From NCBI GenBank assembly GCA_943357745.1, contig CALRGN010000001.1, positions 1 to 57,531 on the forward strand: a DNA stretch of 57,531 bases, written 5' to 3'. The stretch is from Candidatus Uhrbacteria bacterium (GTDB lineage Bacteria > Patescibacteriota > Patescibacteriia > UBA9934). Shown here piece after piece: positions 9,497-18,953 of the stretch. The notes beneath the pieces are model-generated. The model did no database searches and had not been told where the DNA came from. It worked only from the letters and a program-made list of their open reading frames with translations. A program made the translations under genes and the position numbers. Each line of letters starts with the position of its first letter. The first letter of the stretch is position 1.

Positions 9497-10567
9497 TTAT
9501 CTAGATCTAGATCCGGCTTGCGGCAAAGATAGTTCATTTATCAAATCAACATTGCCAAGCAAACTGCCAGCCCCTCTGATTCCAACTGTAATTGGATCAT
9601 CCACAACTCTAACCGGGATATCAGTTTCTCTAGCGATAGTTCTATCTAATCCATGGAGCAATGAACCACCACCAGTCATAATTAAACCATTTTCATAGAT
9701 GTCAGCCACTAATTCCGCCGGCGTTAACTCTATCACTGCCTTGATATTTTCCACGAGTAGGTGCACCGATTTATAAAGAGATTCTCTTATTTGGGTATCT
9801 TGCACCACCACTTGTCTTGGCAAGCCAGTTAAGGTATACCGCCCCCTCATCTCAAATTCGGCGGGCTGTTGCCAATCTTGAGTACTCCCAATTTGGCATT
9901 TAACATCCTCAGCTACTTTTTCACCAATCACTAAATTAAAAACATCCCTAGAATATTGGATTATTTGTTTGGTAAAATCATCCCCAGCTAAAGATAAGGT
10001 GCGTTTATTAACCACACCGCCTAAAGATACCACCGCTATTTCCGTTGAACCGGCCCCGATATTAACAATCAAATTACCGGTGGATTCTCTAACCGGTAAA
10101 CCGGCTCCGAGTGCCGCCGCGATTACTCCTTCCAACAAATATACTTCTCTTGCACCGGCTGCAAACGCCGCATCTTCAACTGCCTTTCTTTCCACCTCGG
10201 TCATTTCAAGTGGTACGGTCATCACTATTCTTGGCCTAGGAATCAAACTAAAATTTTCAGAATATATTTTATCTAAAAAAAACTTCAATAATCGCTCCGT
10301 AACCTCAAAATCGGAGATCACCCCTTTGACAAGGGGTTTAGTGGTAATGATGTGAGGAGGAGTTTTTCCTAACATATCTTTGGCGGCCGTTCCCACCGCC
10401 ACAATGTTTGAATTCCGTTCATTCACCGCTACCATTGCCGGCTCATGAATTAATAATCCCTTACCTTCTAAAAATATCCTAAGATTCGCGGTTCCTAAAT
10501 CCACCGCGATATCTTTACTTGTTCCGCCCCAAAATCTCCGCCAAAGAGCCATAGGAATAGCCCCCAT
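9497..10567 (-). CDS. mreB: Rod shape-determining protein MreB (actin-like ATPase)
   Basis: DIAVDLGTANLRIF, NIGAGSTEIAV and MTGGGSLLHGLD motifs. The start may be the downstream Met at 10552. Confidence 0.9.
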   Translation of the reverse strand: MGAIPMALWRRFWGGTSKDIAVDLGTANLRIFLEGKGLLIHEPAMVAVNERNSNIVAVGTAAKDMLGKTPPHIITTKPLVKGVISDFEVTERLLKFFLDKIYSENFSLIPRPRIVMTVPLEMTEVERKAVEDAAFAAGAREVYLLEGVIAAALGAGLPVRESTGNLIVNIGAGSTEIAVVSLGGVVNKRTLSLAGDDFTKQIIQYSRDVFNLVIGEKVAEDVKCQIGSTQDWQQPAEFEMRGRYTLTGLPRQVVVQDTQIRESLYKSVHLLVENIKAVIELTPAELVADIYENGLIMTGGGSLLHGLDRTIARETDIPVRVVDDPITVGIRGAGSLLGNVDLINELSLPQAGSRSR

Positions 10568-10610
10568 TTAACCACAACCTCCGTTAAAGCTCAAATTGGC
10601 TATCCCCTAT

Positions 10611-10997
10611 TTATTTTTCCTGTCTGGCGTCAGATAGTAAGAAGACTACTTCCAAAAAAATCACTAAACTTATTACAATTGTCATGGTGAATAGTGAAAA
10701 AAGATCAACGGCTAACAAGTATAGGGAAAGCACCATTGCCCCCGAAAGTAGCAACCCCTGCCGTAACGATCTAGCAAAATGTCGGTATAAATCCTTTTCA
10801 GAGAGCTCTCCCCCTCCCCAAATTGTTCCAATGGTTGTAAAAAAACCAACTAAGAAAAATCCTAAAGTGGTATAAAAGCTGTAAATTGATAATGGCCCAC
10901 CTTCAGTGGGGTTAAAATTAAACAAAATGAAAATCAAACCAATTCCAGAAATCAGCGTACCTAGACTTAACATTCCTACATATTTACTTACGGTCAT
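10611..10997 (-). CDS. Hypothetical membrane protein (about 4 TM)
   Basis: Hydrophobic 128-aa ORF co-directional with its neighbours. No recognisable motif. Confidence 0.4.
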   Translation of the reverse strand: MTVSKYVGMLSLGTLISGIGLIFILFNFNPTEGGPLSIYSFYTTLGFFLVGFFTTIGTIWGGGELSEKDLYRHFARSLRQGLLLSGAMVLSLYLLAVDLFSLFTMTIVISLVIFLEVVFLLSDARQEK

Positions 10998-11044
10998 ATT
11001 TAAAAAAATCTAGCCAAACCACCCTTAAGCTTAGATCAATTGTA

Positions 11045-11380
11045 TCACTCCTGTGCCCGGTCGGCCGCTCTTCCAAATTTAACCTCCATTTTACTAATAT
11101 TTAATTCGGGAAATTCTTCAGTCAGTGCCGCCACCGTTCTAGGGGAAAATTTTTCTAAAGCAAATTTTGCCGGAGCAGAAAAAGCAAAGATTTTTATCAC
11201 CCCATCCTTGAAACTAACCACTCGCCAATCATCAGGCGAACTGGCTGGTAATTGCCGATTCAGATACCCAGTTGCCGCCAATACCACCGCTCTTGCAACC
11301 AAGGTAACCGCAATTGGTTTTAAATACCTGGTCCCTCTCAATAAATCAGAGATTGGTTGTAAGTTTCTATTATGCGTCAT
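11045..11380 (-). CDS. Possible DUF721 / DciA-like protein
   Basis: 111 aa. WRVVSFKDGVIKIFAFSAPAKFALEKFSPRTVAALTEEFPELNISKMEVKF resembles the DUF721 pattern (one full-length strand with conserved W, followed by L.v.v.s..w..eL). Weak call. Confidence 0.35.
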   Translation of the reverse strand: MTHNRNLQPISDLLRGTRYLKPIAVTLVARAVVLAATGYLNRQLPASSPDDWRVVSFKDGVIKIFAFSAPAKFALEKFSPRTVAALTEEFPELNISKMEVKFGRAADRAQE

Positions 11381-11428
11381 ATTTATTCAAAGTTGGGAAA
11401 TCAGATTTTTCAACAGCTTGGCACTGTT

Positions 11429-14374
11429 TTATCCCAGTTTAGCACTGGGGCAAATTTCATGGAAATCGCAGTTCCCACAAACTCTAACATCAGGCGTAGG
11501 CTCAAAAATACCGCGCTCAATTCCCTCCCCCAAGGCCCTGAAATCTTCTTCTAATCGTTCAAAATCAGAGGCTTTTGGCACAAAAGAGACGGTCTGCCCC
11601 CCAATAACATAATGATAGCTTAATCGCTCCACCGTTTTTGTTGGATACAATGCGTTCACGGCCATTGCATACAAAAGCAACTGCCGCTTATCCTTCCACC
11701 CCAGCTGTTCCTTTATTCCGCCCGTTTTATAATCAATCACCTCCACTCCACCGGAAGATAATTCGTCAATTCGATCAATCTTCCCTTGCAACTGAAATCC
11801 GGCAATCTGAAGATAGAACGGTTGTTCAAGTGCCAAAACTTGGGGCGGGTTAGCTTCCAATGAAATCAGAAACTTATTCAAAGCCTCAATCCCCTGCTCA
11901 AATCTTTGAACCCTCACTTCAACACTTGGGTACCAATCGCCAATAAACGCCCGTTCATACAACGGCCTCAAAGTTGACATCCCCGGCGTCACCGCTTCTC
12001 CACTGCGTAATAATTCCAGATAGTCATGTAGAGCGGCGTGTACGCTTTGACCAAAAGTCACCATTGGTTTCTGCCAACTTGGCACCCCAATCACATGAGC
12101 ATACCGATATTGTAGTGGGCAATTTTCAAAGGCCATTAGCTGAGAGAAACTTAACAAGACTGGTTCGGTTTTCGCTTGGGTTCCCACAAATGGAAAGCCT
12201 AGTGGATCATGGTTGGCTGGGGCTTTAACAGGATCAAGTAATTGATTTGCCCAACCCTCCGGAGCAACAACCGGGATTGTTTCCAATTCAATTCCCGCTT
12301 CATTAATAAACACTGATGGTCTTCTTGCTCTCACCCCTCCGTAACTACTGGCTCCAGTGATCATCAAACCCTGCTTAGCTCGGGTCATGGCCACATAAAA
12401 TAGCCGTCTTTCTTCCGACAAGTTTTTAATTCTAGCGTCTTCGCCACTCACCGGTAAATACCACTTCTCCCCCCGGCTATTCCCGGGAAATCTCTGTTCC
12501 ACTGCATTCACTATAAACACATATTCAAATTCCAATCCTTTTGCGGAATGTACGGTTAATAATTGGATTGCCTCTGGTGATGCTTGTAAGTCTTCAATGA
12601 TTGTCTCTTCACCCAACTCTTCAGCCGCTCTAATTTCCTCTAGAAAGTCTCGGAGACTTTTATCAAGCGCTCGTTTCTTCCAATCGTCAACCCGGCGTAA
12701 AAAACCGTTAAGCTTAGAAAAAATCAACATTTGTTCTACTTCCGGTAAAATAAGAACCTGAGTGATAATTCCGCTTTCTTTGAGAACTTTCAAAATAATC
12801 GCGGTGGGTTCATGAAGCTTCAACTCTTCCCGCCACTCATTAATCTTCGCAACTAACCGCGTGATTTTGTTAATCGCCTCTGGTGAAATTTCTTCACCAA
12901 CTCTATGGGTAAAGGAAGGTAAAAGAATTTTTTGGAGGACGGTCCAGATCGGACTAGCCTCTCGTTTGGCAATATGATTAATTACCACCGCTATTGTTTC
13001 TCCAACTCCGATTGTTTTATTAATAAGCAAACTAAAAACGCTTAAATTATGAAACGGTTCAATGATCACTCTTAAGGCCGCAATTAAATCCATTATCAGC
13101 GGTTCTCTTAGTAATTTATCTCCCCCTTGCGTGTATACTGGCCAACCAGATCTCTCTAGGGCAGTTTTAAAGGGGATTAAATGGTCGTGGGCTCTGGCAA
13201 GAATAGCAATTTCTTGCAACTGTACTCCACCCTTCAATAACTCATCAATTCTAGATCGTACCCACTCCACTTCTCCGTCACCACTCGGCAACATCCAAGC
13301 TTCCACCTGGGCGGAAATTGTGTTAGAAGTAGCGATCAACCGCTTATCAAGTTTTTCTATCACTTCTAGTCGGTTTGGATTATTTGATTGGATCAACTTG
13401 TAGGCTGAATCTAAAATCGCTTGACCACTCCGATAATTTTTCACCAAGGTCAAACTTTTTGCCTGAGGGTAGGCGGTTCTAAACTGCAAAATGTTGTCCA
13501 CCGTCGCTCCTCTAAAACCATAGATTGCTTGGTCATCATCCCCCACCACTAGCACACAGCCATCGGCGCCGGTTAATTCCTTTAGTAATTCAAATTGCAA
13601 CGGATTGGTATCTTGAAATTCATCAACCAAAAAATATCGGTATCTCTCTCGCACTAGCTTGCGTACACTTGGAACTTTCCTTAAAACATCCCTACTTTCC
13701 AGTAATAATCCGGCAAAATCCAAACACTGGGTTTCCCTAAGCATCAAGCTAAATTCATCCAAAGCACGCGCTAATTCTTCCCCTCTAAGAGTTGCGTCAA
13801 TTTTGGCCTCCGCATCCCCCTGCCAAAGATCAGTAAATTTTTTTGATTCAAGAAAATTGCGATAGCTTTCACCGGTAAAGCCCGCCTCTCTTAATCCACT
13901 AATTGCCCCATACAATTCCTTGATCAATTTTGGTGAAGGGCCACTTTCCAGAAATGGGGTCCAAAAACCAAACCTTAAAGAATGGCGTCTTAATAACAAC
14001 ATTGCGTCCGTCTCCGCTAGCCTCTGAAAATTACTCGCCCAACCCAAATGGAGGCCATATTCCCTTAGAAGATTCTCTGAAAACTTGTGGAAAGTATTCA
14101 CAGTAACCCCCCAAGTACCAAGCGGTAGAATACAATCCAATCGCTCCGCCATTTCCGTACTAGCTTTTTCGGTAAAAGTTAATGCCACAATCTCTTCCGG
14201 TTTGAAAGTTTTTTCTTGGATCAACCAAGCAATCCGTTCAGTAATCACGGTAGTTTTTCCGGTCCCAGCACCAGCAACCAGCAATAATTGATTAGATGCA
14301 AAGTGTACCGCCGCCAGCTGCTCTTGATTGAGCGGCATCTTTAAAGTCTCCGGAGCATTTATCTCATTCAACAT
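11429..14374 (-). CDS. UvrD/PcrA-type superfamily 1 helicase fused to a C-terminal PD-(D/E)XK (RecB/Cas4/AddB-like) nuclease domain with a four-Cys cluster
   Basis: Helicase motifs AGAGTGKT, DEFQD, GDDDQAIYGFRGA, NYRS, TVHSAKGLEFEYVF and YVAMTRAK. C-terminal FENCPLQY...GKIDRIDE...IDYKTG...QLLLYA...CGNCDFHEICP. Confidence 0.8.
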   Translation of the reverse strand: MLNEINAPETLKMPLNQEQLAAVHFASNQLLLVAGAGTGKTTVITERIAWLIQEKTFKPEEIVALTFTEKASTEMAERLDCILPLGTWGVTVNTFHKFSENLLREYGLHLGWASNFQRLAETDAMLLLRRHSLRFGFWTPFLESGPSPKLIKELYGAISGLREAGFTGESYRNFLESKKFTDLWQGDAEAKIDATLRGEELARALDEFSLMLRETQCLDFAGLLLESRDVLRKVPSVRKLVRERYRYFLVDEFQDTNPLQFELLKELTGADGCVLVVGDDDQAIYGFRGATVDNILQFRTAYPQAKSLTLVKNYRSGQAILDSAYKLIQSNNPNRLEVIEKLDKRLIATSNTISAQVEAWMLPSGDGEVEWVRSRIDELLKGGVQLQEIAILARAHDHLIPFKTALERSGWPVYTQGGDKLLREPLIMDLIAALRVIIEPFHNLSVFSLLINKTIGVGETIAVVINHIAKREASPIWTVLQKILLPSFTHRVGEEISPEAINKITRLVAKINEWREELKLHEPTAIILKVLKESGIITQVLILPEVEQMLIFSKLNGFLRRVDDWKKRALDKSLRDFLEEIRAAEELGEETIIEDLQASPEAIQLLTVHSAKGLEFEYVFIVNAVEQRFPGNSRGEKWYLPVSGEDARIKNLSEERRLFYVAMTRAKQGLMITGASSYGGVRARRPSVFINEAGIELETIPVVAPEGWANQLLDPVKAPANHDPLGFPFVGTQAKTEPVLLSFSQLMAFENCPLQYRYAHVIGVPSWQKPMVTFGQSVHAALHDYLELLRSGEAVTPGMSTLRPLYERAFIGDWYPSVEVRVQRFEQGIEALNKFLISLEANPPQVLALEQPFYLQIAGFQLQGKIDRIDELSSGGVEVIDYKTGGIKEQLGWKDKRQLLLYAMAVNALYPTKTVERLSYHYVIGGQTVSFVPKASDFERLEEDFRALGEGIERGIFEPTPDVRVCGNCDFHEICPSAKLG

Positions 14375-14385
14375 AATCCAAGCAA

Positions 14386-15972
14386 TTATAAATCACCTCG
14401 GCGCCAAATCAAACTCGCCAAAATCAATTCTAAATCTCCAACCTTTTCTCCTTCTGCCGCCAATGTTAACGCCGGTAAATTAAAACGCCCCGGAAAACCA
14501 TATTCAACTTGAATAATTTTCCCCTGCTCCACTTTCCACCAAGTAAAAACCGTACCAGCCGCTGTTTCTATCCCCGCCGCCGTTTCGCCACTAAGTGATC
14601 GCAATTTTTCCAAAACAGATTTGTCCCACGGTTCAGTTGGTTTTATCACTACCAGATTCTCTCTAATCAATCTTAATCCGTCCTTGATTTCATCAATCAT
14701 GATTTCAACTCTTGCTACTACATCTCCGTTTGTCCTGATAAAACGATGTGGCTTAATCACCGCAAACCCCACCTGAAGATCATCTCTCCTCGTATCAAAA
14801 TCTAAACCAACGGCCTTAGCAATCGGGCCCATTAAATTATATTCTAGCGCCTCAACTCTAGTAATAGATCCCAAGCCTTCTAATCTATCCTGCACCACTT
14901 CTCTATACCAACCCAACTTCAACAATCTATTAAAATCAACTTCGAATTCCTTCAATTTAACTTTAATCATTTTTAGTTCAGTTTCACCAACCGTAATATT
15001 CACCCCAAAAATAATTAGTGCCCCCAAACCAAATCTATTCCCACAAATTAAAAATAGCAGTTGTCTAATTGTTTCTATTAATTCTAGAGCTAATGCCACT
15101 AAACTAAAGATCCCCAGTGCCCGATAAATTTCCATAATCACCTCAAGAAATCTAGTTAGCCGTTCTAATTCCAAAAGAATCACTCGCCAGGCAATGGCAT
15201 CCCCAGATAGAAAATCCCTTTTCTCTATCAGTTGATTTTCAAACAATCTCTCCCACGCCTGGACAGTTGAAAGCGCCAAACTAATCGCCCGCAGTGGCTG
15301 TCTTCTCCCCTGAACTGCGAGCGCCTTATCTAACGACATGCCAATTATCAGCTCCTCTCTTTCTCTCGTCGGCAAATGTTGATCAAGTTTAACCGCTAAT
15401 ATTCTCCCACGGTTCCTCTGCAAAGGAACTTGTCCGTAATCTCTCCAAGGCGGATAACTCTCCAAACTTCTTTCTACCGGAACATTAGGAAACCGCTCTC
15501 CCAACAACTTGGGCCACATTCCAATTGGGTTAATCTCTAATCGATTTGCAACCGCCCGCTCCTCCCACCACGCCCCGGGAGAAACAGTAAAAATTCCTTC
15601 ATAACTCTGTCCCGATATCACCAAACTAGATAGTTTCACCAATTCGCCTGTCTCCGGATACAACAATAATACCGATAAGGTGCCCGTCGGCGCTTCTGTA
15701 AAGATTTTGACCAACTTCAATCCCCCTCCGGTCAATCCCCCACCGGTCAACCCCCCACCGGACCTGCCACCACCAGCCAGTCCGCTGACAGTAAGTCCGC
15801 CACCGATCAATTCACCGCCCACCAAACCACCATCGGTCAAAGTTCTACAATTAATCAATTCATCAACAACCTTGGTAAGTTTTGAAATTAAAACCTCCCC
15901 CACCCAAAATCCATTAGACCTAGAGGTAATTGTAACCCCAGTAAGAATTTGAATCAGTTCTGATACATTCAT
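14386..15972 (-). CDS. Highly divergent NuoC-NuoD fusion-like protein (complex I 30-kDa plus 49-kDa / group-4 hydrogenase large-subunit-like) lacking NiFe or quinone-site cysteines
   Basis: SPGAWWEERA resembles NuoC PAANWYEREA. WRVILLELERLTRFL, ICGNRFGLGALIIFGV, GLGSITRVEALEYNLMGPIAKAVGLDFDTRR, GDVVARVEIMIDEIKDGLRLIRENL and the C-terminal FPGRFNLPALT...DLELILASL parallel Thermus Nqo4 / E. coli NuoD blocks. Only 2 Cys in the protein. The ATG at 15972 forms an ATGA overlap with the upstream stop. Confidence 0.7.
   Translation of the reverse strand: MNVSELIQILTGVTITSRSNGFWVGEVLISKLTKVVDELINCRTLTDGGLVGGELIGGGLTVSGLAGGGRSGGGLTGGGLTGGGLKLVKIFTEAPTGTLSVLLLYPETGELVKLSSLVISGQSYEGIFTVSPGAWWEERAVANRLEINPIGMWPKLLGERFPNVPVERSLESYPPWRDYGQVPLQRNRGRILAVKLDQHLPTREREELIIGMSLDKALAVQGRRQPLRAISLALSTVQAWERLFENQLIEKRDFLSGDAIAWRVILLELERLTRFLEVIMEIYRALGIFSLVALALELIETIRQLLFLICGNRFGLGALIIFGVNITVGETELKMIKVKLKEFEVDFNRLLKLGWYREVVQDRLEGLGSITRVEALEYNLMGPIAKAVGLDFDTRRDDLQVGFAVIKPHRFIRTNGDVVARVEIMIDEIKDGLRLIRENLVVIKPTEPWDKSVLEKLRSLSGETAAGIETAAGTVFTWWKVEQGKIIQVEYGFPGRFNLPALTLAAEGEKVGDLELILASLIWRRGDL
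15718..15834 (-). repeat. In-frame G+C-rich tandem repeat encoding DGGLVGGELIGGGLTVSGLAGGGRSGGGLTGGGLTGGGL in the NuoC-like N-terminus
   Basis: Repeating ccaccggtcaa / cccccaccgg units on the plus strand and a GGGLT periodicity in the translation. Confidence 0.85.
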
Positions 15973-17390
15973 AGTCTCCACCACTCACTTGTGGTTAATG
16001 CCCCCATCAACCCAAAATCAAACCCGATCAAAAGCCAAAAAATAAAGGCATAAATTTTATTGGTTGATCTATCCTCATTGAATGATAGATGTTTCAGAGA
16101 TTTTTTTGGCGATTTATTTTTTGTAATCTCCCTAAACCAAGCCAGCAAAGATAATCTTAAAAAGTATAGCCAAATAATGGTCCAGATCCAAACCGCCCCA
16201 GCCGAAATTGTAATTCCGGTACCCCACCAAAGAATAATAATTAATCCTAGCAATGATCCTGGTAGGCCTAATTTACACCAAAGATAGGCGGTGCGCATTC
16301 TAGGATACTGCTTAGGATTATCAATCTTTACCAAAGAAATACCGGATTTAATCCAAAACCAATAAGCACCAATCAGTAACCATTCATGAAAGAAAATCAG
16401 AATCACAATTGGTGAAACCGCTCCGGTAATCAGAGCAAAGAGTGGCGCTAGCCCTAAACTAAGTGAGGCAATTCTAAGATCTAATCCGTAAAAGTTATCA
16501 CCATAAAAAATCTCTTCGCCCAAAACGGTTTTTTTGGTTTTATAATTGCGCCACGGTACTATGATGGTTACGGATAAAAATATTAGAAATGTGACCAGCG
16601 CAATAACTCTTAGGTGATCGGTGGGCCAACCCAGACTTCCTAACTTGGTCATTATTGCTAGCCACCAACTTATTAATGAGTATTGTAACCAAATCGGGAT
16701 AATAATTGAAATCCAGCGATTACTCCTTATCACACCAATTTCACTCCAAGTTGTGTATGGCCACCAGCCTAATTCCAACAAGATTCCTACCGATATTAAG
16801 ATCCAGGAAAGATCATTGGACCAAACTCCACCCAATGGCCAATAGATCGTCATCAATCCACCGCCAAGACACAAAAAAGCTACCATGTGCAATTTAAATG
16901 CTCGCCAAACAACCGCCATATCCATACCATCTCCGCCACGCGCGATCCCTTCCAAGCCACAGATAGCAATCAGTTGAACCAATAGAAATTTTGCAAGATC
17001 ATTTTCCAAAAAAGAACTAGTAATTAACCCGATTATCAAGACAAGCCAAATTAATTTTTCTCCCGTCATTTCACTATTCAATAATAACTTGCTTTGATAT
17101 TTGTTTGGATTAGAGACTGCCACTGATCCAATCATAGACAATCCAATCGCCACGAGCAGGAAGGCATAATCCCAACCATCTAAATTGATCTCTGGTAGAT
17201 TAAGTAACGTTGATAAAATAAATCTCCCCTCACCACTCCAAATAGCCACTCCAAGCTCAATCCCAATCAACAGCAACCCCACTTCCACCAAAAAAAGCCA
17301 CGGAATCCTGGCCGCTTTAACAGCGGGCAACGGCAACAGTCCCCAGACAATCGCCAGGAACAATAAAATTAAACCAAATATCATTAACAT
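15969..17390 (-). CDS. Polytopic membrane protein, possibly NuoL/M/N-MrpD antiporter-like subunit
   Basis: 473 aa with at least 12 predicted TM segments. A mid-membrane Glu (LIAICGLEGIA), GWWPYTTW and KLGLPGS stretches are reminiscent of the proton-conducting transporter family. Operon context. Confidence 0.4.
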   Translation of the reverse strand: MLMIFGLILLFLAIVWGLLPLPAVKAARIPWLFLVEVGLLLIGIELGVAIWSGEGRFILSTLLNLPEINLDGWDYAFLLVAIGLSMIGSVAVSNPNKYQSKLLLNSEMTGEKLIWLVLIIGLITSSFLENDLAKFLLVQLIAICGLEGIARGGDGMDMAVVWRAFKLHMVAFLCLGGGLMTIYWPLGGVWSNDLSWILISVGILLELGWWPYTTWSEIGVIRSNRWISIIIPIWLQYSLISWWLAIMTKLGSLGWPTDHLRVIALVTFLIFLSVTIIVPWRNYKTKKTVLGEEIFYGDNFYGLDLRIASLSLGLAPLFALITGAVSPIVILIFFHEWLLIGAYWFWIKSGISLVKIDNPKQYPRMRTAYLWCKLGLPGSLLGLIIILWWGTGITISAGAVWIWTIIWLYFLRLSLLAWFREITKNKSPKKSLKHLSFNEDRSTNKIYAFIFWLLIGFDFGLMGALTTSEWWRL

Positions 17391-17391
17391 A

Positions 17392-18033
17392 TTAGCGATC
17401 TATTTCAATTTCCGGATTAACGGAATCATAATTTAATTGATAGTGACAAATAGCATTCCAAAGCAACCACCAATGAATCAAACCTATCACTAATATGATC
17501 ATTTGCAAATAGTCTGATTCAGTTGATTTTAATCCAATGATCCCCACCAAACCCAACCAAAATACGCCAAACCCAATCCCCGCCTCTGCTCCGCGCCCCA
17601 CATAAAATCTTACCAACCCCACTACCGTAGCCAGGCTCGCCACCAACCACCACCAGTCAAAAAATTCTAAATTTTCTTTTGGAATTGACAACCCGTAGTA
17701 TCCAATCATCACCCCAATTAGAACAATTATAAATCGTTCCTCAAAATGTCGTTTGAATTGAGTTCTATATTTGATCAACCTTTTACCCCGTTTATCGTAG
17801 AATAGCTTGTAAAGGACGGTTATGCCCCAAATTAGATAGCATCCAAACATCAACACCATATTTAACCTTCCCTCGGTATTGATCACTTGCCAAATACCAA
17901 GAATTACAATCAAAGAGAGCAAACTATTTCCAAGCGGGATCGCCCTAGTCTTACTCATGAAGGAAAAGAGAAAAATGATTCCAACTACCGCTAACCACTC
18001 TCCATTGAATCCATAAAAAATTTCGTTTAGCAT
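17392..18033 (-). CDS. Small polytopic membrane protein of the Nuo-like operon
   Basis: 213 aa with about 6 TM segments, 1 nt from the next gene. No motif recognised. Confidence 0.35.
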   Translation of the reverse strand: MLNEIFYGFNGEWLAVVGIIFLFSFMSKTRAIPLGNSLLSLIVILGIWQVINTEGRLNMVLMFGCYLIWGITVLYKLFYDKRGKRLIKYRTQFKRHFEERFIIVLIGVMIGYYGLSIPKENLEFFDWWWLVASLATVVGLVRFYVGRGAEAGIGFGVFWLGLVGIIGLKSTESDYLQMIILVIGLIHWWLLWNAICHYQLNYDSVNPEIEIDR

Positions 18034-18068
18034 ATATTTTGCTTATATTCAGCCTACAGCCTTAATCT

Positions 18069-18953
18069 TTAATAAAAATTTGATAACCAAACCACTAGAG
18101 CTAATGTTTCCATCAGAGCAACAAATCCCAAGTACCGCCACAAAAAACCGGTATCGCGTTTGCAAGTAATTAATTCAAAAATTGCAAATATGAGCAGACC
18201 CAAACCTCCGGAAATAATAAGAGCGGATTGGCTCAGCCAATTGAGCTGACTGAGTATTAGAGAAATAAACAGATACCCGGCCAATGTGATCTGCATCCAC
18301 TCCCCCCACACTTGGCCACAGATTAACCAATTATAATCTTCTGAAATATGGTTGTCTAAAAAAAAGTCTTGCCGTTTTCTAAAGGGCGAACTGCCTAATA
18401 CAATTGGTAATAGAATCGCTCCAGAAATCCCAAGCAGAATTAAAGCGGTGCTTGTTTCCTGACTAAAGTCTGTTTGTATGATGGCGCCCCAATCACCAGA
18501 GACAAATAGGGATAGTAACCAAGCTCCAAAAAACCAGAACGGGGAGCTAACCCAAAACCGGAGCGATTGCTCATAATTATCATCCTTGATAAATTCCCCG
18601 GCTCGTAAAAGATTACTCCCCAGCATAAGTACCCACGCTAACCACCACCAACCAACCAAAGTCCAATAATCACCCCCAGGTAAAGCCGTATAATCCCAGT
18701 TATACCACGGTAGGCTTAAGAAAATTATAATTAAAGCTAAATTAGCTAAAATTATCATCCCGCCACTTACTCTCTCTTTTAGTGATAACCCTTTCCAACT
18801 AACAGTAATATTAAGGCTCCATCTGATTTGACTAAAACCGTGCCAAAGCAAATCGTGCAATAATTTACCAAATAACCCCACCGTAAAGACAATAAAAAGC
18901 CAGCCCAGCAATTGAACACTCCCAAGCACCAGCCACTTTAATACTTCAACCAT
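18069..18953 (-). CDS. Polytopic membrane protein, weakly NuoH/HycD-like
   Basis: SSPFRKRQDFFLDNHISEDYNWLICGQVWGEWMQITLAGYLFISLIL loosely parallels Nqo8 [37 protein letters not shown]. Start placed at the internal Met (18953). The ORF track start is 19004. Confidence 0.3.
   Translation of the reverse strand: MVEVLKWLVLGSVQLLGWLFIVFTVGLFGKLLHDLLWHGFSQIRWSLNITVSWKGLSLKERVSGGMIILANLALIIIFLSLPWYNWDYTALPGGDYWTLVGWWWLAWVLMLGSNLLRAGEFIKDDNYEQSLRFWVSSPFWFFGAWLLSLFVSGDWGAIIQTDFSQETSTALILLGISGAILLPIVLGSSPFRKRQDFFLDNHISEDYNWLICGQVWGEWMQITLAGYLFISLILSQLNWLSQSALIISGGLGLLIFAIFELITCKRDTGFLWRYLGFVALMETLALVVWLSNFY

Noticed and set aside
11040-11612. 190-aa plus-strand ORF
   Set aside because: It lies entirely antisense to the DciA-like gene and to the 3' end of the helicase-nuclease gene, both of which have recognisable motifs. 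It is a shadow ORF.
15680-15952. 90-aa plus-strand ORF with PPVNPPPVNPPP repeats
   Set aside because: It is the antisense translation of the GGGLT repeat inside the NuoCD-like gene. Similarly, the 41604-41924 RRDGRR ORF is the antisense of the msrA repeat.
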